Translations under genes and position numbers: made by a program
Shown here: one piece after another, positions 51,956 through 64,000 of the stretch
Layout: every line of letters begins with the position of its first letter
How positions within the stretch are numbered: position 1 is the first letter of the stretch
NCBI GenBank assembly: GCA_964016885.1
Contig: OZ024751.1
Span: 33,666,001 to 33,730,000 of the forward strand
From: Eledone cirrhosa
Taxonomy: Eukaryota
Reading direction: 5' to 3'
Length of the DNA: 64,000 nt
Notes under the pieces: generated by a model
The model's database searches: none
What the model saw: the letters and a program-made list of their open reading frames with translations, nothing else
Told to the model about the DNA's origin: nothing

Positions 51956-54900
51956 GAGATGCAGTTTGGTTTTGTGCCTGGGAAGAGTACAACAGATGCC
52001 CTCTTCTTGGTGAGACAATTGCAAGAGAGGTTCTTAGAGAAGAATAAGCCACTATACTTAGCCTTTGTTGACCTAGAGAAGGCCTTTGATAGGGTACCCC
52101 GATCTGTCATCTGGTGGTCCCTAAGGAAGCTAGGTGTTGAGGAATGGCTTGTGAGGACAGTGTAAACTTTGTACAGAGGTACTCAGTAAAGTCAGGGTAG
52201 GAATGGAGTTTAGTGAGGAATTCCAGATACAAGTAGGAGTACATCAGGGTTCGGTCCTCAGCCCGCTCTTGTTCATTATAGTCCTCCAAGCCATAACAGA
52301 GGAGTTTAAGACTGGCTGTCCATGGGAACTTCTCTATGCTGACGATCTGGTTCTTATAGCAGAATCAGTAGAGGAGCTAGAGAATAAATTCTGGCTATGG
52401 AAACAGCAGTTGGAAGCAAGAGGACTGAGAGTGAATCTAGCTAAGACAAAAGTGTTGATGAGTAGAAAAGAGGACAAAACCCTGATTCCATCAGGGAAAT
52501 GGCCATGTTCGATATGCAGAAAAGGAACTGGCATAAATTCTATAAAATGCACAAAATGCAGATCCTGGGTACACAAGAGATGTAGTGGGATAGCAGGCAA
52601 ACTAACAGGTAGGGAGAAATATGTATGCAGGGAAATTAGACAGTAGAAGTCGCATTGATAGACACATTTTTCAAATGCAAGAGGGCGCTATAGAAGTGGT
52701 GGATAGCTTCCGGTACCTAGGAGATCAGATTAGCATGGGAGGAGGGTGTTCCGAGGCCATAGTATCTAGAATAAGGACGGGTTGGAAGAAGTTTAGGGAG
52801 CTGCTTCCTCTGTTGACGAAGAAGGGTGTCTCCCTGCGTACGAAAGGCCGGTTGTATGATGCCTGTGTGAGGAGCGCGATGCTGCATGGTAGTGAGACAT
52901 GGGCAGCAACTGCAGAGGATATGCGACGGCTGGAGAGAAATGAGGCAAGCATGCTCCGTTGGATGTGCAGTGTAAATGTGCGTGAACGACCCAGCATAAA
53001 TGTGTTGAGAGAGAAACTGTGTCTGAGAGGGATAGAATGTAGTGTACGGGAGAGGAGACTGAGGTGGTATGGACATGTGATGCGCATGGAGGATGACCGA
53101 TGGGTGAAGAAGTGCCAGTTGAAGGAAGATGTGGTAGAGGTAGACCACGAAAAACATGGGCGGAGGTGGTGAGAACAGACCTCAGATCATTGAAGCTCAC
53201 GGTGGAGATGACGAGGGACCGTGACGAGTGGAGAGATGCTGTGCTGAATCAGACCCGTCCCACTCTTGCAAGCAGGGAAAAGTGGACGTAAAATGATGAT
53301 GATGGTAGTGTATGTGATTCAGTGAATTACTGGTAGTGGTACCAATATAAGCACTCAATGCACAGGCAGAGTGTATATATTAAGAAAAATAATGAAGTTT
53401 CTTTTATGTGTATTTAGTCTTTTATTGTGTATCAACCAAAACTAACAAACCCATGCTAGCATGGAAGATGGATGTTAAACGAAGATAATGATGATGTAAA
53501 GAAAGTTCATTGTTTATCTTAATATATTTCTATATATGTTTGGCTTTGCTTGAGACTAATGTCTATCTATTACTGTTTCTTCTGAGCTTAGTATTCAGTG
53601 ATGATAGCATGTGGATGCTTGATCAGTAGATTTGTAGATATTTGCTTACAGTGTGTGTTTAGACAATATTATACTTTGTCATTTCTCGCCGAGGTTAACT
53701 TTGCCTTTCATCCCTACAGGGTTGATAAAATAAAGTACCAGTAATGTACTGGGTAATTGCTGGCCTTGTGCCAATAGTAGAAATAATTATACTTTGTCAT
53801 TCTGAGTTCAAATCCCGCCGAGGTTAACTTTGCCTTTCATCCTTACAGGGTTGATAAAATAAAGTACCAGTAATACACTGGGTAATTGCTGGCCTTGTGC
53901 CAAAAAGTAGAAACAATTATACTTTGTCATTAGAAATATAGTAGTGACTGTTGTTAGTGTGTAATATTGTGATGGTGGTGATGAGGATGATGGTGAGAAT
54001 GATGATGATGATGCCTTCTAATTTAAACACAAGGCCTGCAGTTTGGTGAGGAGGAGGAAAGTCAATAATATTGATCCTAGTATATGACTGGTTTTTTATT
54101 TTGAGTTAATGGCTATGTTGATAAATAATGAAATATTTAAAAGTTTATTTCAGTTTTGTGATTTATTTTGCAGGTTGTTAAAGGTGAAGGACCCATAAAG
54201 AAATGCAACAGCTTATGGCAGGATATGTCCAAGAAATTAATTACACCGTTTAATTACGACACAGAGGTGTTTAAACAAACACCTAAACAATACAAATGTC
54301 CTTTCTCTCGTGATAAAGATTATATGTAAGTATCCATTGTACAGCAGCATCATCATCATCATCATTCTGTCCATACTTGTATAGATTAACTAGATCTTTA
54401 CCCTACACAGTCAGTATCTTATCAACTGTTACATTCCATTGTCTTTCGTAAGGTTCAGCATCCCAAGATCAGCTTTTACTACTTCCATTCAAGACTTCTT
54501 TGGTCTTCCTCTTCCACAGTTCCCTTCTTATCTATGTACACACCCACTTACTCATACTCTCTCACACACATACACACAGAGACTCCCACATACACATACA
54601 GACTCCCACATACACACATGTATATGTATATACTCATATTGATATTTGAGGCTAATTAGAATAGTTTCTAATATATTTCTTAAAACATATTTTCTTTCAT
54701 TATTTTCCAGATTTGCGTACCCAGATAACCGCGAGGAAATATTCAGCCAAGGAATTAGGATTCGAATTGTGGATTATATTTTAAGAAGAACTTCTTTTGG
54801 AGATGAAGATTCAGAATCATATTCTTGTGGTAAATTACTGGTTTAACTCTGTAGGATTTGAGAAGGTGGGGGTTATATCAATCTGAAGTAGTTGTCAGTG

Positions 54901-57900
54901 ATTGATATTGGTAATTGATTAGTTGGTAGTGATTGGTATTGGTAATGTGTGATTAGTTGGCAGTGATTGGTATTGGTAATTGATTAGTTGGTAGTGATTG
55001 GTATTGGTAATGTGTGACAACAACATGACACACAACCACACAGTCCAGGCTGTAACAACATGACACACAACCACACAGTCCATGCTGTAACAACAGTGAC
55101 AACAACATGACACAACCACACAGTCCATGCTTTAGAGTGGTCATCCATCTGTAGAAGCCATGCTAACAATAACATGATATACACAACATGGGTTTCACTG
55201 TTTCTATGAGTTTCAAAGAAGTTAAAATCTATTTTGTGTGTAGTGGCTTATTAGGAGTCACAAGGTATTACATAACTTCAAGGGTGTCATATATTATCAC
55301 AAAGTTACCCCCTCCAGTTGACACATAGGCTGTGTATTTCATTAGAAATATGGTAATGTTGCTATGAAATAAAATGGTCATTAACAGGTAAATTATCTTC
55401 TATTGCAGGTATAAAGAAAATGATAAATGACGGATATTATATATCTTCGTTTCCTTTACATGAGGTAAATAATAAATTACTTTAATTATATTGTGACTTT
55501 ATATTTAACGTGATAATGTGACTGTATATAGTGACATTGTATAGTGACTGTATATTGTGACTCTAATGTGATATAGTGTGACTGTATATAGTGACATTGT
55601 ATAGTGACTCTAATGTGATATAATGTGACTATATTGTGACTCTAATGTGATATAGTGACTATATATTGTGACTCTATATCTAATGTGATGTATATTATAT
55701 TTGAGGAGGGTCATTTTGTTATAATATTGCCAGAATAATCTATAATCACCATCATTTATATAACATATATATATATATATAAACTTTTGTAAATTTATCA
55801 TTAAATGTGTTTACTTTCTGCTAGGGTCACTGGAAAAAAGGTACCAAGTCTAATATTCGAAAAGACCTTTATGACCACTGGGCTCATTGGAGTCGGTTTC
55901 TCAAATTTCAACCATTACACTATATAAAGTAAGTTTTTTACAATTAAACTGAGATTATTTAAACACACATTCCAACTATTAACTCATTAAACCTCCAAAA
56001 ACTGGTATTGTTTGAAACATGTACACTCGGGACCTAAAATCTTTCTATATTCAACTTTCCAGACTTTATAAACACCACAACTCTTCTTGTGTGTGTCGTT
56101 AAATTATATGTATGGGTTACTTCATGTCAGAAGTCCATCAGAATAGATTGGTTTACCTTGGAGTACAGAGATAAAATAGAAACAAAATCATGTTTTAAAT
56201 TTGCACTGTTATATTTTTTTAATGTAAATATTATTTTTGTCTTCGTCCAAAACCTTTTGTAAAATATTTTGTTTTCTATTTTCAGAGAATATTTTGGTGA
56301 GAAGGTAGGAATTTATTTTGCCTGGCTTGGATTTTACACCCTTATGTTAATTCCAGCGGCTATAGTTGGTTTAGCCATAACAATCTATGGATTAGTGATT
56401 ATGAGAGATAATTATGTCAGGTAATATATCTCCTCCTCCTCTTCCTCTTAAAAATTGATTATATTTTTAATTGATTCATCATCATCATCATCATCGCTTA
56501 ATGTCCATTTTCCACGCTAGCATGGGCAGGACGGGCAGCCCGTTTGTGAGGGATCAGGTCAGAGGACCTTGATTCACATACATGGAACTGATTTTAGCTT
56601 GTTTGCTACAGTTGGATGCCCTTCCTAACACCAACCATATTTACAGTGGGATTATTTTATAAAATATTATTTTCCTTTTTAAATATCTTAAAATTTGCTA
56701 ATTACATTTATTAATAATTAATTTCTTTTATTAATAATTAATTACGTTTATTAATAATTAATCACCTTGAAAACTATGTTGATTAATATGTTTTTGTTTC
56801 TATTTCCAGTAATGAAATTTGTCAAAGCACCAACGTGACAATGTGTCCATTGTGTGATCTCCGATGTCCATACTGGAATCTCTCCGAAGCATGTTCCCAT
56901 TCTAGGGTCAGTGCTATTGTAGACAATGGAGCAACTGTATTTTTTGCCATTTTTATGTCTTTCTGGGGTAAGTTTTATGGATTGGAAAATATATTTTGTA
57001 GTTTTAAATATATCATCTCTCTCCCTTCTCACTTGGTACACACACACACACGGATACAGAGAGAGATACAAATTTACACACACACGGATACAGAGAGAGA
57101 TACAAGTTTACACACACACACACACACACACACACGGATACAGAGAGAGATACAAGTTTAAACACGGATACAGAGAGAGATACAAGTTTACACACACACA
57201 CACACGGATACAGAGAGATATACAAGTTTATACACACACACACACACACACATGGATACAGAGAGAGATACAAGTTTATACACACACGCGGATACAGAGA
57301 TATACAAGTTTATACACACACACGCGCGGATACAGAGAGATATACAAGTTACACACACACTCGGATACAGACAAGTTTACACACACACAAAAAAGAAGAA
57401 TCTTGTAAAATAGATTTAGCTAAAATAATCCTAGCCATTGCCAATACAGTCTAGCAAAGTCCCATAACCATAGATATTATTTGCATGTCTGTGATGTGTG
57501 TGTTAATGTGTTTTGAAAATTTCAACTCCAGAGCCAGTGGCATGCAGTTGACCCTAGTTAAGTGGTATGTAGTTGACCATGCTTGATATTTTAGTAACCC
57601 TCCACACATGACTGCTACTGATCTGTTAGTACATAGGGCAGGTCATGATATTTTAGTAACTACCACCCTCAGACTGCTATTGATCTGTCAATACATCTGT
57701 CAGAAGTCTTGTCATGTCAAATCTCTTTACTTTTGGTTTTACTTCCAGACATTTTTGTTTACAAATGATTATCGATTCTTTCAGGTACCCTGTTTTTAGA
57801 ATTTTGGAAACGGAAGCAAGCTGTCATACAATGGAAGTGGAACCTTCATTATGAAGAAGAGGAGGTCTGAAAGTTTCTTCTTTTTATTTCTTTAATTAAA

Positions 57901-60900
57901 TTTCAATAATAATTGACTATAGAACTGTTCAATAAAGATACATTCAATCAACCAACTTAGGATTGGTCAAATATTATATTTGAGGAGGACATTAGATGGA
58001 GGAAACCATTGTCTGGTTTAAAACAACCACCCAATCCTTTGGTCCCTTTAGCAGAGTCCACTCTGTTGCTAACATTCAGTCCAGATATTCCCCACTTGCA
58101 CTCACCTGTGTTGGAGACCCTGAAAATATAAGATCATGGGAGCCCTACCCTAAACAGGTTGAGTGGTTGGTGGTATGATCAGTATGGTAGGGTTGATATC
58201 CTGTTGTCAGAAATGTTCCTCTAAGCCAACATAGTTATGTATCAATAAATGTAATACAGCAACATTTGGGGAAATATTTACATGATTTTATTTCTGATTA
58301 ACAAAAAAGTCCAATAAATAAACAAATAAATTTAAATTTGAAACATTCAATATTTCCTAATTTCAGGAACCACCGCGGCCGGAATATCTTGCTAAGATGG
58401 CCAATGACAAGAAATATAGAAGAGATCCAATTTCACAGGTAATTACATTTTTACTTCTAAAAACAAAATGATATTTATAAAAACCTAATTACTTGTGGTT
58501 AGTATACTCCAGTGCAATAGAAAAATCATCATCATCGTTTTACGTATTCCACGCTGGCATGGCTTAGACAAACAATTGTACCTACATGACATCATAGTGT
58601 AATATTTATCTATCGATTGATCCATTCCTCACTTTAGCTGAATATCCCGAAACCAACAATTTCCTTGACAGCCCTGTTATTTGTACACATAAATATTTCA
58701 ATTATACACCTGAGAACAATTTACTCATCAGCCATATTAGATTTCACATTAACTTTTTAAAACATCTGGAACAGTGAATACTTCTGGTGTTTGGATTCCT
58801 AATAAAAAGATGGATGTACCAAGTATTTTATCATGGCACCATCACTAGGAGTGTTATTGGTCATTGATTCAACTAAAGAACCCTCTGTCCTGTGTCTGTC
58901 TGGGGGGGGGGGGGTATGATATGATACATAAATATTGAAAAACCAAAATTTTAAACTTTAAAACCTATTTTAAAGTATATTTTCTTCTTTTTCATTGTTT
59001 AAGTTGGATGAGCCGTACCTCCCATTTTGGACCCGCCAAATACCAGTTATCTGTTTTTCCTACTCCCTTATGGTGTTTATGGTAAGTTTATATGACATTA
59101 AATTCTTCGAAATGTTTTTTTTTTATAAGCCAGAGTTGAGGATAAAATTCCATTACAACTCTACTTTTAAACCATAATCTCAGATCCAGTCACTTACCTA
59201 ACAACTACAGTTTTAAACCTCAATCACAGATCAAGTCACATGTCTAACAACTACAGTTTTAAACCACAATCACAGATCAAGTCACATGTCTAACAACTAC
59301 AATGTTAAACCACAATCACAGATCAAGTCACATGTCTAACAACTACAATGTTAAACCACAATCACAGATCAAGTCACATGTCTAACAACTACAGTTTTAA
59401 ACCTCAATCACAGATCAAGTCACATGTCTAACAACTACAGTTTTAAACCACAATCACAGATCAAGTCACATGTCTAACAACTACAGTTTTAAACCTCAAT
59501 CACAGATCAAGTCACATGTCTAACAACTACAATGTTAAACCACAATCACAGATCAAGTCACATGTCTAACAACTACAGTTTTAAACCTCAATCACAGATC
59601 AAGTCACATGTCTAACAACTACAGTTTTAAACCACAATCACAGATCAAGTCACATGTCTAATAACAACAACTCCTAAATTGCAATATTTTTTTTATATGT
59701 TCTTCTTTTCTGTTACATTGTAGGTAAGCATTGCTATAGCAGCAGTTTTGGGTGTGATAGCCTTCCGTGTATCAATGTTGGCAGCTCTCCAATTAAGAGA
59801 AGAGAACATTATTTATAAAAATGCAGGCTTAATGACAACACTAATTTCTGCTTGTATTAATTTACTCATCATCATGATATTGAACATAGTAAGTATAACT
59901 GGCTTCTACTTCACAATCGTAAGTCAATAATGGTGTCTCTAGCTTTCATTTTTATTGTTTAATCATGTCTGGAGGGAATCCAGAACTAATTATTTATTCT
60001 CAGAGAGGTCTCATCTTTATTCTAGTAATACAGTCAAGTCCACTAAAAGTACTAAAGGACCAGGTAGTGGTGTTAAACCAGGTAACACAACCACTAAAGG
60101 CTACCAAGGACTAGGTAGTGGTGTGATGATGTTTGTTATCATTATCACCACCATAATCATCATCATCACCATCATCATCTTTTTTCCTCTTTTTTCCAAT
60201 TTTCTCTTCAGATTTACAGAAGAGCAGCTTTCTGGTTGACTGATTTAGAATGTTTGCGCACACAAACAGAGTATGATAATAGCCTGACGTTCAAACTATT
60301 TGCTCTGCAGTTTGTCAATTACTATTCCTCCATCATTTATATTGCCTTCTTTAAAGGAAAGTGAGTATAGTCAGGAAACCACTGACGAGTTTTACACACT
60401 TCAAACTTTGTTAGGAGTACTCTTGTATGTGTGGTAGTGCTGGTGCCATGATGAATGGTATCCAGTCCTCACTGTAAATTGCTAGCCCTGGTGCCATGAT
60501 TAAACACACCTGGTATATGCTGTACAGTAGCTGACATTATGAAGGGCATCCAGCTGTAGAAACCGTGCTTGAATAGAACATATGGAGGTTTTCATGTCTT
60601 TGGCATAACCAAAGAGTCCTCCTGACCCTTGTTTGGCAGGTTGTCTACAGCTGGATGTCCCTCCTATTACCAACCACTTTACAGAGTGTACTGGGTGTAT
60701 TTATTATGTAGATCACCAACACTATAGAGGTTGTTATGTTCTAAACATCAAGTTAATAATGACAAAGCTAGTTATATTAGTCGATGTCTTTGACACACCT
60801 GAAGAGCCCTTTAATGTTAAACCCTCTACCTAGTTGTTATGGCTCTAGGAAAGGACTTTAATAAGTTCCCCACTCGGGCAGATGTGAGGGAAGCTAGTAT

Positions 60901-63900
60901 CTTTATTTCTATAATTATTTGATGTTTGATATTTTATGTTATTCCTAGATGTCATGTAGCCATCTTTATGTTTTAGGTTTGTTGGCAGACCAGGAAAATA
61001 TAATACTATATTTGGTGCCCGTCAAGAAGAGGTAAAATAGATGAGATTTATTTATCTAAACATCTAAACATTCCTCTAACTAATGGAGAAATGTTTCATT
61101 TTGATATTCCTTTAAACTTCTATATTTTTTACTATTTTGGTGATCTCTATACTTAAGAATATTCTAGTACCATAAATCTTTAAAAGATATTTCTCTCTAA
61201 CTGTTCATATAACTCTCTGTTATTAGTATTGCCGTTATCTAAACAAAAATCTCTTAAAATGGCATAATTTCCACCCTTGTTGCTGTTTTGGCAGGTTTTT
61301 ATGTCCCTGAAATAAAGATATAAAATCTTTATAATATACCAAATAACAATAAAGAAGTTTCTATGATATACTTAAAATATCCTTCAATGTCCTTCTGAGA
61401 TAAATATAAATATTTTAAAACAGTTTTGTATCACTGAACCAGGGACAAGATGGTATCACCAATCTGTCTACTAACAGTGAAACTATAAACATTGGAATTA
61501 AGAAACCTGTTTATATTTTATGTTTAGTCATTACAGGATATTAAGTCTAAATACAAAACAACCCTAACAAAATAAGGAGAATTGATATTTGTTTTTCTAG
61601 AGTTTGTTTTATGTTTGTGTTATTAGTGTGAACCAGGAGGCTGTTTGATTGAGCTTTGTATTCAACTTGGAATTATCATGACTGGTAAACAACTGCTACA
61701 AAACAATCTGGTAGAAATACTTATTCCGTAAGTTTTTTAAAACTTTATTCAAACAATAAAATAACAATATATATAACACCACCAATATATATAACACCAT
61801 CACTGGATGTAACACCATCACTATATGTAACACCACCTCCATATATGTAACACCACCTCCATATATGTAACACTACCCCTCTGTGTAACACCACCTCTAT
61901 ATATAATGTCTACTACCTTACACTATACCCCTCACTATATATTTCCAGGAAATTATGGAAATACTGCCTGAAACGCTGGAAAGAAGCTGCCAAGAAGAAG
62001 TTACCAAATACTCCCTGGGAGAAAGATCTTCTGTTGACTGATGTCGATACTACAACTCTATTTTATGAATATTTAGAAATGAGTGAGTAAAATATACGTT
62101 GATTCCATTACAGAACAGACACACATTAGTGAATTTTATAGCCTTAAATTATTATTCATCAAATAATGTACAAAGCCGAATTTTTGGCTTTTTGAAGTAC
62201 TGAGAATATATATATATATATACAATGATATTAAATAAATGGAAACTATATTTATTCTATTATATATATTTCAAGGGTACCAAAAATTTGGTACGCTATC
62301 ATCAGATAAAATACGAAGTGTGTTTTATAAATTTTGACATAACCAAGAAAAATATACCTTAACGGTTCAAGTTTTCCTTGGATATATATAAGTGTAAAGA
62401 ATGTGCTCAAGTGCAGAAATGTTATAAAGATAGCTTATAAAATAAGTTGAACACCCTTAAAACACGGAAAAAGAAGTTGCTATATGTTTAATTGATTTAA
62501 ACTATAAATATGTGTTCTTAATTATATTTTCTGTTTCAGTTCTCCAGTTTGGGTTTCTAACATTATTTGTGGCGGCATTCCCAATTGGTCCACTGTTCTG
62601 TTTAATCAACAATATTATAGAAATCAGAGCTGATGCCAATAAATTTGTTACTTCAATAAAACGTCCAACTCCACAAATTGCGACCAATATTGGTAAATAT
62701 TTCAGTTTATTTCCATTTTTTTAAATATCTGCATATCAATCAGATATTCTCACTTACAAAACTAAGAAGACTGTTATTCCCAAAAGTACTCAATATATGT
62801 TAAGATGTAGAGTTTATATATTTACCCCACAAGTGAGCTCATTCATTTCAGTTCACACCTGGAGCTATCAAATCACTTCCTACTTACCTTGAATGAGGAA
62901 GGACATGTTTAATAATATGGCCCTGGTTACACATTACCTGGAACACCTACGATTAAAGGTGAAACTTAATGATAGAAACACCTGGGGTTATAGATGTAAC
63001 TTATTGATTGGAACACCTGTGATTATAGGTGTAACTTAATGACTGAAATACCTGGGATTATAGGTGTAACTTAGTGACTGGAACACCTGTAATTATAGGT
63101 GTAATTTAATGATTGAAACACCTGTTACTTGATATGAGACTGTTAAAATAATTCTTCCATGCCATAATTGTTAATTCTTTAATTTACTAGGAATATGGTA
63201 CAGTGTGCTTTACGGTATCTCAAGAATCGCAATTTTATCAAACGTAAGTTTATTTTTTTATAAAATTTAAAATATCTTTAATGTAGGTATCACTACAGTT
63301 TCTATGTACAAGACTTGTATAAGTATAACTATAGTTTTCATGTATAAGACTTGTATAACTAATTTTAATAGATAAGACTTGTTTAAGTTATGGAAAAGGA
63401 ACTAATGTCAACACATTTTTGTTATTCTCTTTGTACATAGAGAAACACATGATTAGCTTTGTTTTACTGTAGAGAATAACAAAAGTGTGAGAGGTAAGTT
63501 TGCTGACATGGAAGGAAATCCTTGAATCAAAAGACCTAGTAGTAAACTTAGTGAAGACTAAAGTCCAGATAAGTAGTAAAGAGGAATCTGATATTGTCAG
63601 ACTGTGTTCAATATGTTGAAAAGGGTGGACAATTCCCTATGGTACACAGTGCTATCTGTGGTTTATTAACCATCTTTCCAACAACAACCCAAAGAACCTT
63701 TTTGAATTCCAGAAGTATGTATTAGGAGCACACATGACATAGCTTGACTCAAATGTCCAGAGGTAGCTGCTATATTTAAAAGACATTTCTCTTTTCTGAA
63801 TCCTATTTTTCCTCTCTTTATTTTCAGGCATTCATAATCTGTGTCTCGTCTGATTTTATACCTCAGTTAGTTTACAAACTTGCCTACTCTGAAGACAATA

Positions 63901-64000
63901 ATCTGAGTGGCTATGTGGAGAATTCCCTCTCTTATTTTAATACCACTGATATTTCCCATAACAACAAGTCTGTAATCTTCAATAATACTGTACAAATCTG
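40603..64000 (+). CDS. Anoctamin/TMEM16 family protein, 3'-partial; exons 40603-40672, 42278-42336, 42507-42659, 43908-44003, 44342-44383, 50140-50175, 54174-54325, 54711-54829, 55409-55464, 55825-55928, 56286-56420, 56810-56967, 57785-57864, 58367-58438, 59004-59081, 59724-59888, 60212-60360, 60977-61031, 61627-61727, 61949-62082, 62540-62692, 63191-63243, 63828->64000
   Basis: In-frame GT-AG exons encode [92 protein letters not shown] and [10 protein letters not shown], so the Ca2+-site residues are intact. The first two exons and the 42- and 36-nt exons rest only on splice signals and phase. The paralog cannot be assigned. Confidence 0.93.
41070..41425 (+). mobile_element. RTE LINE fragment (endonuclease-RT linker region)
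   Basis: [22 protein letters not shown]...[13 protein letters not shown] and [18 protein letters not shown]. Confidence 0.8.
44808..45085 (-). mobile_element. RTE LINE 3' fragment
   Basis: GRPRKTWDD...DRDLWR on the minus strand. Confidence 0.75.
46135..49750. repeat. 31-bp minisatellite, roughly 115 units (cttggctaacccctc[c/a]tg[c/t]accgttctctcc)
   Basis: Directly visible tandem array in an anoctamin intron. Confidence 0.98.
50420..50925. repeat. 45-bp tandem repeat, about 11 units
   Basis: Unit acagggtgtactgggtgtattatattgtggcaccagtattactat. Confidence 0.95.
51953..53304 (+). mobile_element. 5'-truncated RTE-clade LINE (reverse transcriptase 3' half), disrupted
   Basis: [60 protein letters not shown] and RGRPRKTW. 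It has an internal stop near 52163, frameshifts and a (TGA)n tail, and its 5' end abuts a TA tract. Confidence 0.92.
53685..53920 (+). mobile_element. Two tandem 5'-truncated SINE copies, same family
   Basis: gccgaggttaactttgcctttcatcc...gtagaaa(c/t)aattat occurs twice. Confidence 0.85.
57040..57390. repeat. (CA)n-containing compound tandem repeat
   Basis: cggatacagagagagatacaagttta(ca)n is repeated. Confidence 0.9.
59195..59665. repeat. 46-bp tandem repeat, about 10 units
   Basis: Unit tctaacaactacagttttaaacctcaatcacagatcaagtcacatg. Confidence 0.95.
63430..63790 (+). mobile_element. Highly degraded RTE fragment
   Basis: gaatcaaaagacctagtagtaaacttagtgaagactaaagtc resembles [15 protein letters not shown] in the 52 kb element. 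Confidence 0.45.

Noticed and set aside
10213-64000. Functional calcium cluster (STIMATE plus anoctamin)
   Set aside because: The two are separated by unrelated genes, and proximity alone is not evidence.

Overview
AT-rich, intron-rich animal genomic DNA, most likely a cephalopod (octopus). This is inferred from the tRNA-derived SINE families, RTE LINE relics and very large TA microsatellites. It holds four protein-coding genes: (1) the 3' six exons of STIMATE/TMEM110 (+; first exon not found); (2) a complete two-exon kaptin/KPTN (-); (3) a complete six-exon RPL12/uL11 (+), head-to-head with KPTN with start codons about 170-200 bp apart; (4) a multi-exon anoctamin/TMEM16 (+) running off the right edge. 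The rest is a ~10 kb TA/ATAC microsatellite field, minisatellites, SINEs, RTE LINE fragments and a hAT relic. Most supplied ORFs are repeat artefacts. The most interesting signals are at RNA level. RPL12 introns are tiled with G-U-containing hairpins and carry long-range intron-intron complementarity, a candidate poison exon and snoRNA/miRNA-like candidates. Splice sites are duplicated in STIMATE and KPTN, the anoctamin has a recursive-splice-like exon, and there are near-perfect fold-back palindromes at TA tracts. All RNA structures were paired by eye and need computational and experimental confirmation.
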